The position numbers were made by a program, and so were the translations under genes. DNA of 32,000 bases from Acholeplasma laidlawii PG-8A (GTDB lineage Bacteria; Bacillota_I; Bacilli_A; Acholeplasmatales; Acholeplasmataceae): positions 1,140,001 to 1,172,000 of the forward strand of contig NC_010163.1 in assembly GCF_000018785.1 (NCBI RefSeq). The letters are read 5' to 3'. Positions 29,301 to 32,000 of the stretch are shown piece after piece. The notes under the pieces are model-generated. The model had not been told where the DNA came from. It searched no databases and saw only the letters and a list, made by a program, of their open reading frames with translations. Within the stretch, counting starts at the first letter, position 1; the number at the start of each line of letters is the position of its first letter.

Positions 29301-32000
29301 CATCCACTAATAACTAGTACTTGATCATTTTCCAAGTATGAAATAATCGGATTAAATCCTTCCATAAACCTTGGATCTTTTGCATCTTGTCCATATTCAA
29401 TGATTTGTGTGTTGATAATGTTATCGTCTTTATCAAAGAAATTGACAGTATAGTATCTTGGTACTTCAATAAACTTAGCTTCAATATCTAAATTCTTTGT
29501 AACACCTGAATAGCTTGTTTTCCAACCATCAAAGATGTAGAAGATGTTTTGTGTTGGTGTTTTAGTAGCAACACTAGGTGCTATAGCATCCAGTCCGTAT
29601 TTCACGTAATCAGTTTTTATTAATCTGTTATCACCATCAAAAAAGTTTACGGTAAATGTGATTTCTTTTTCTTCGTATTCAGGATAAATGTCTAGATTAG
29701 ATTTCACATTAGAAAAATCTTCACTCCAACCAATAAATTCATATGCATATGGACCATCAATAATTTTTGAAGGTGCATTTGGTTCAGTTGCTGCCTCATT
29801 ATATTTCACTATTTGTGAGGAGATGATTTTGTTAAATGCATCATAGAAGTTAACGGTAAAGGAATCATTGACTGTATCATAAATTGCATAAACATTTAAG
29901 TTTTCTTCAACATTTGTAAAGTCCTTATCCCATCGATTAAAGATGAGTAGTGTACCATTTTGTTGGTCAATTATATCTACAGCAGGCGCTAGAGCATTTG
30001 ATCCTGGTGCTACCTCTTGTAGTTTAATTAAATTATTAAATTTATCATAGAATCTAACTTCATAATAAAGATATGTTTCATCAAATAATGCTTTAATGGT
30101 GCGATTTTCTTTAACTGCTAAGCCGTTATTATCCCAACCGACAAATGTATATTTAATTTGATTTGTACTAGTTTTATAACCTACTGGGAATGTGACATTT
30201 TGACCCCAACCAACTTGTATTTTGGTTGTTTCATCACCATTAATAAGTGTGACTTCATAACTAATTAAACGTGATCCCTTATTTAAGTTAATTGTCTTTT
30301 CTGCTGTAATAAAGTCTAGTGTGCTACTCCAAGATATAAAGTAATATTCATAGCCTGTAGCTTGATTTGGATGATCCTTTAGGTAAGTTGTTAAATCTGG
30401 TGCTACTGCATCTTTTCCATATAATACATATTGTGTATTTAAGATGGTTGCACCATCTGTAAAGGTAATTAAGTATTGTCCAGCTACTTCTTGGTAGTTT
30501 GCATATACTAAAGTATCTGAGGTAATATTTTTATAATTTGCACCCCAAGAGATAAACTTATAACCAATTTCTTTTGTACCTTCTTTAAATGGTATACCTT
30601 CTGGTAATATAGCTGTTTTACCATACTCGGTTTCTACAGTCTTATAAACTGTATCTTGATCAATCATAAATGTTACTTGGTAAGTTCTTGGACTTGATTT
30701 AAACACAGGATATATTTCTAGATTTCCCGTAATAACAGTAAAATCTTGATCCCAACCATCAAATGTATAAATTTCAGATACACTTGATGGTTTGGTTGGA
30801 TTATTTATTGGTTGAACTGCACTATTTAAATATTCAACAACTTGTACTTTATCAATGATTTTGCCAAAGGCATCGTAAAACGATACTTCATAATATCTAT
30901 CTACTCTAATGAATTTAGGTCTTACATTTAAGTTTTCTGTAATATAAGCATAATCTTCTATCCAACCATCAAACTTATAGGCATCATTGCCTGCTGGTGC
31001 TTGAGTTGGCACCTCACTTGGATGTGCAGCCATATCACCATATAGTACTTGTTGACTAGATAAAATACTACCATCACCATTAAAGAAGTTTACTGTATAA
31101 CTTCTTCTAACTTCTTTGAACTGTGCAATTACATCCATACTTGTTGTAATACTTGAAATATCTTTATCCCAACCACTAAATTCATATTTGAATTCAGGTG
31201 TTTGAGCCTTAATAGGTAATACACTTGGTGGTTCTACACTAAATAAATACTCACCCATTTTTGTTTCTATATGCATACCATCAAAGTTATAGAATTTAAT
31301 TTCATAATATCTTTGAACTGGTGTAAAGATTGGATGAATATCCATTGACTCAGTAATTACTACATTAAAGTTATAATCCCAACCTTCAAAGTGATACGCA
31401 TAAGTATCATAAGTTTTTGTAGGTATTTTACTTGTAGGTTGAATATATTGATTATATTCACCTTTTTGACGCTCAAACAAATGACCATCACCGTCATAAT
31501 AATTAATTGTATAGTATCTATCCATTTGATGATACTCTGCACGTATTTGAGTTGGTTTTAAAATTTGAGTACCATTAAAATCAAATATCCAGCGCATATA
31601 TTCATAAACATATAATGCATTTTTATTCTTTAATGGAATTAACCCGTCTGGTTGTTGAACATATTGTCCATGTCTAATTTCTTCTTCATGAATTACTTTA
31701 TTGTTGCCATCTATAAACTGTACTAAGTGATATGCTTCTTCCCATTTAGCATAGACTTCAATGTCTTTTTCTTCGTTAAATACTTGGATACTTTGACCCG
31801 ATTTATTAGTAAGTTGAATCTCTATACCATCTTGATCATAATACCAACCTAAGAAGTTATATCCAAAGTATGTTGGTACATATAATTGATAGTGTTCATT
31901 GTCTAATACATATTGTAGATTTTCATTTGTTGTTTCATTAAGTTCTTCAAATGTTACTGTGTATAGTCTATTGTATGTACTTTCTTTAGATAGTGCTTGA
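26312..32000 (-). CDS. Giant InlB B-repeat/Flg_new (Listeria-Bacteroides repeat) protein with C-terminal dockerin; 5' end beyond the window
   Basis: The frame upstream of the track Met at 31597 stays open to base 31999 (QALSKESTYNRLYTVTFEELNETTNENLQYVLDNEHYQLYVPTYFGYNFLGWYYDQDGIEIQLTNKSGQ...YEYMRWIFDF). At least 1895 aa visible; repeats with [Y/F]xFxGWxxxxxxxxxxxxxxxxF and YxVxFxDxxxxxxxxxxxxYG. Confidence 0.9.
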   Translation of the reverse strand, partial: QALSKESTYNRLYTVTFEELNETTNENLQYVLDNEHYQLYVPTYFGYNFLGWYYDQDGIEIQLTNKSGQSIQVFNEEKDIEVYAKWEEAYHLVQFIDGNNKVIHEEEIRHGQYVQQPDGLIPLKNKNALYVYEYMRWIFDFNGTQILKPTQIRAEYHQMDRYYTINYYDGDGHLFERQKGEYNQYIQPTSKIPTKTYDTYAYHFEGWDYNFNVVITESMDIHPIFTPVQRYYEIKFYNFDGMHIETKMGEYLFSVEPPSVLPIKAQTPEFKYEFSGWDKDISSITTSMDVIAQFKEVRRSYTVNFFNGDGSILSSQQVLYGDMAAHPSEVPTQAPAGNDAYKFDGWIEDYAYITENLNVRPKFIRVDRYYEVSFYDAFGKIIDKVQVVEYLNSAVQPINNPTKPSSVSEIYTFDGWDQDFTVITGNLEIYPVFKSSPRTYQVTFMIDQDTVYKTVETEYGKTAILPEGIPFKEGTKEIGYKFISWGANYKNITSDTLVYANYQEVAGQYLITFTDGATILNTQYVLYGKDAVAPDLTTYLKDHPNQATGYEYYFISWSSTLDFITAEKTINLNKGSRLISYEVTLINGDETTKIQVGWGQNVTFPVGYKTSTNQIKYTFVGWDNNGLAVKENRTIKALFDETYLYYEVRFYDKFNNLIKLQEVAPGSNALAPAVDIIDQQNGTLLIFNRWDKDFTNVEENLNVYAIYDTVNDSFTVNFYDAFNKIISSQIVKYNEAATEPNAPSKIIDGPYAYEFIGWSEDFSNVKSNLDIYPEYEEKEITFTVNFFDGDNRLIKTDYVKYGLDAIAPSVATKTPTQNIFYIFDGWKTSYSGVTKNLDIEAKFIEVPRYYTVNFFDKDDNIINTQIIEYGQDAKDPRFMEGFNPIISYLENDQVLVISGWDQDLINVRENRTIYALYSEVNRYYEVRFYDALNNQIGDTQIIEYGSKAFEPTTPIKVSPNPDFFFLFTGWSEPSNYVTENLEIYPTYNYVKTTYQVTFLDGNGNVFDEQTISYGQSAITPNGIPSKTPTDDVSYVFKSWDVNYDVVTSDLIVRPIFDMVTRQYLVIFKNDKGIIIKEELVNKGSSAKAPDVPILESDNYYHYMIRWSVKFDNVTEDIVTELYYEKIERIYTLTFYDYDTTTIISTITATYGQVIMAPSGPIKPADRQFSYEFISWNPVFNEVVTSDENYYPYYEEHLRVYIVTFLDGNGNVFDEQEVYYGATPKMPLNTPTKDPNKQYYYTFRMWETLTVKVYEDITIKAIFYNHLQEYEVTFIDEFGHVIEKQMVKYGEGAVEPNTDDIPVKSSTTSTVYVFSGWDKTFSFITEDLIVQTQYLGTPRKFIYTFYDDDQTTILKQIVGAYGDPIIEPNVVNKPGGEGFDYAFDGWDKVVPEILTEHMIFVARYKEVYKEYKVTLFDGNGALFKTLTVLHGQTLIPPTEIPSKLPTMQYTFVFSHWVIKGSTTVFNIFEESVTQDIQLEAAFNQEIRLYVVTYMSGEEVHEEVIVPYNGRPIIPSDPEKPGYRFTNWDKHIDRVTGDMTVHAVFVAGRYNIIFNDGYNEGDEVIVEGSMTPMTVNFDDNVVLTDLGYVRKGYDFMGWIVDGNVLPSYGDGDSFTYNNVGSLVLTAYWQPISYGISYDLNGGLAINPTMYTIEDYIRFNQANKNGYKFVGWYMVEQDETSQDMRQMARRQANILANEDLGTYIEEIKPNTVIGSIKLTAVYEYDSYIKLKPESMLGMFHAEVTSVIPIEERNYYDETNPIYLMGVFQNQTWANLKENFVNKELYFLDKNGKELTDQDIVASGRMIVIKDSNGNITDRVHVVLKGDINGDGRVNVMDQTTLINHLNRKQPILLSNLLAADTTGDGKINVLDQTALINHLNSKTPFWDKNQTTTMNLGE
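26351..26539 (-). other. Type I dockerin domain at the C-terminus of the repeat protein
   Basis: KGDINGDGRVNVMDQTTLINHLNRKQPILLSNLLAADTTGDGKINVLDQTALINHLNSKTPFW: two duplicated Ca-binding segments DxNxDGxxxxxDxxxLxxxL. Confidence 0.92.

Noticed and set aside
31360-31542. Minus-strand 60-aa ORF
   Set aside because: Alternate frame inside the InlB-type repeat gene.
16048-32000. LPXTG/sortase-type anchoring of the giant proteins
   Set aside because: The 3423-aa track protein ends in TM plus KRIRKNNKKDKNQLIF with no LPXTG; the other ends with a dockerin. Neither has a sorting signal.

Overview
The window reads as a chromosomal segment of a low-GC, wall-less Acholeplasma-like Mollicute/Firmicute that uses the standard code (TGG for Trp, TGA as stop). 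The taxon is an inference. Nearly all genes are on the minus strand. The right half (about 11.4-32.0 kb) is one tightly packed minus-strand cluster. In transcription order it encodes: (1) a protein of at least 1895 aa with about 24 visible InlB/Flg_new-type repeats and a C-terminal type I dockerin; its frame stays open through the window edge, so the Met at 31597 in the ORF track is internal; (2) a ~3420-aa protein with a signal peptide, a possible cohesin-like N-terminal domain, about 32 tandem cadherin-like beta-sandwich repeats and one C-terminal TM anchor; (3) a membrane-anchored protein with degenerate GGDEF-like and EAL-like regions; (4) a membrane-anchored McrB/MoxR-like AAA+ ATPase; (5) a coiled-coil protein possibly related to the DUF2357/McrC-partner group. 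This is my best candidate for an undescribed system: a two-component giant surface fibre with its own signalling/AAA+ module. The left half holds an ABC-F protein (truncated by the left edge), lrgBA, orphan ribD, an acyl-CoA dehydrogenase-etfB-etfA operon, a divergent Crp/Fnr regulator with an FNR-type palindrome in the shared intergenic region, a 4HBT thioesterase, a YeiH-type permease and a C39-like lipoprotein. I found no tRNA, rRNA, CRISPR array or IS element.
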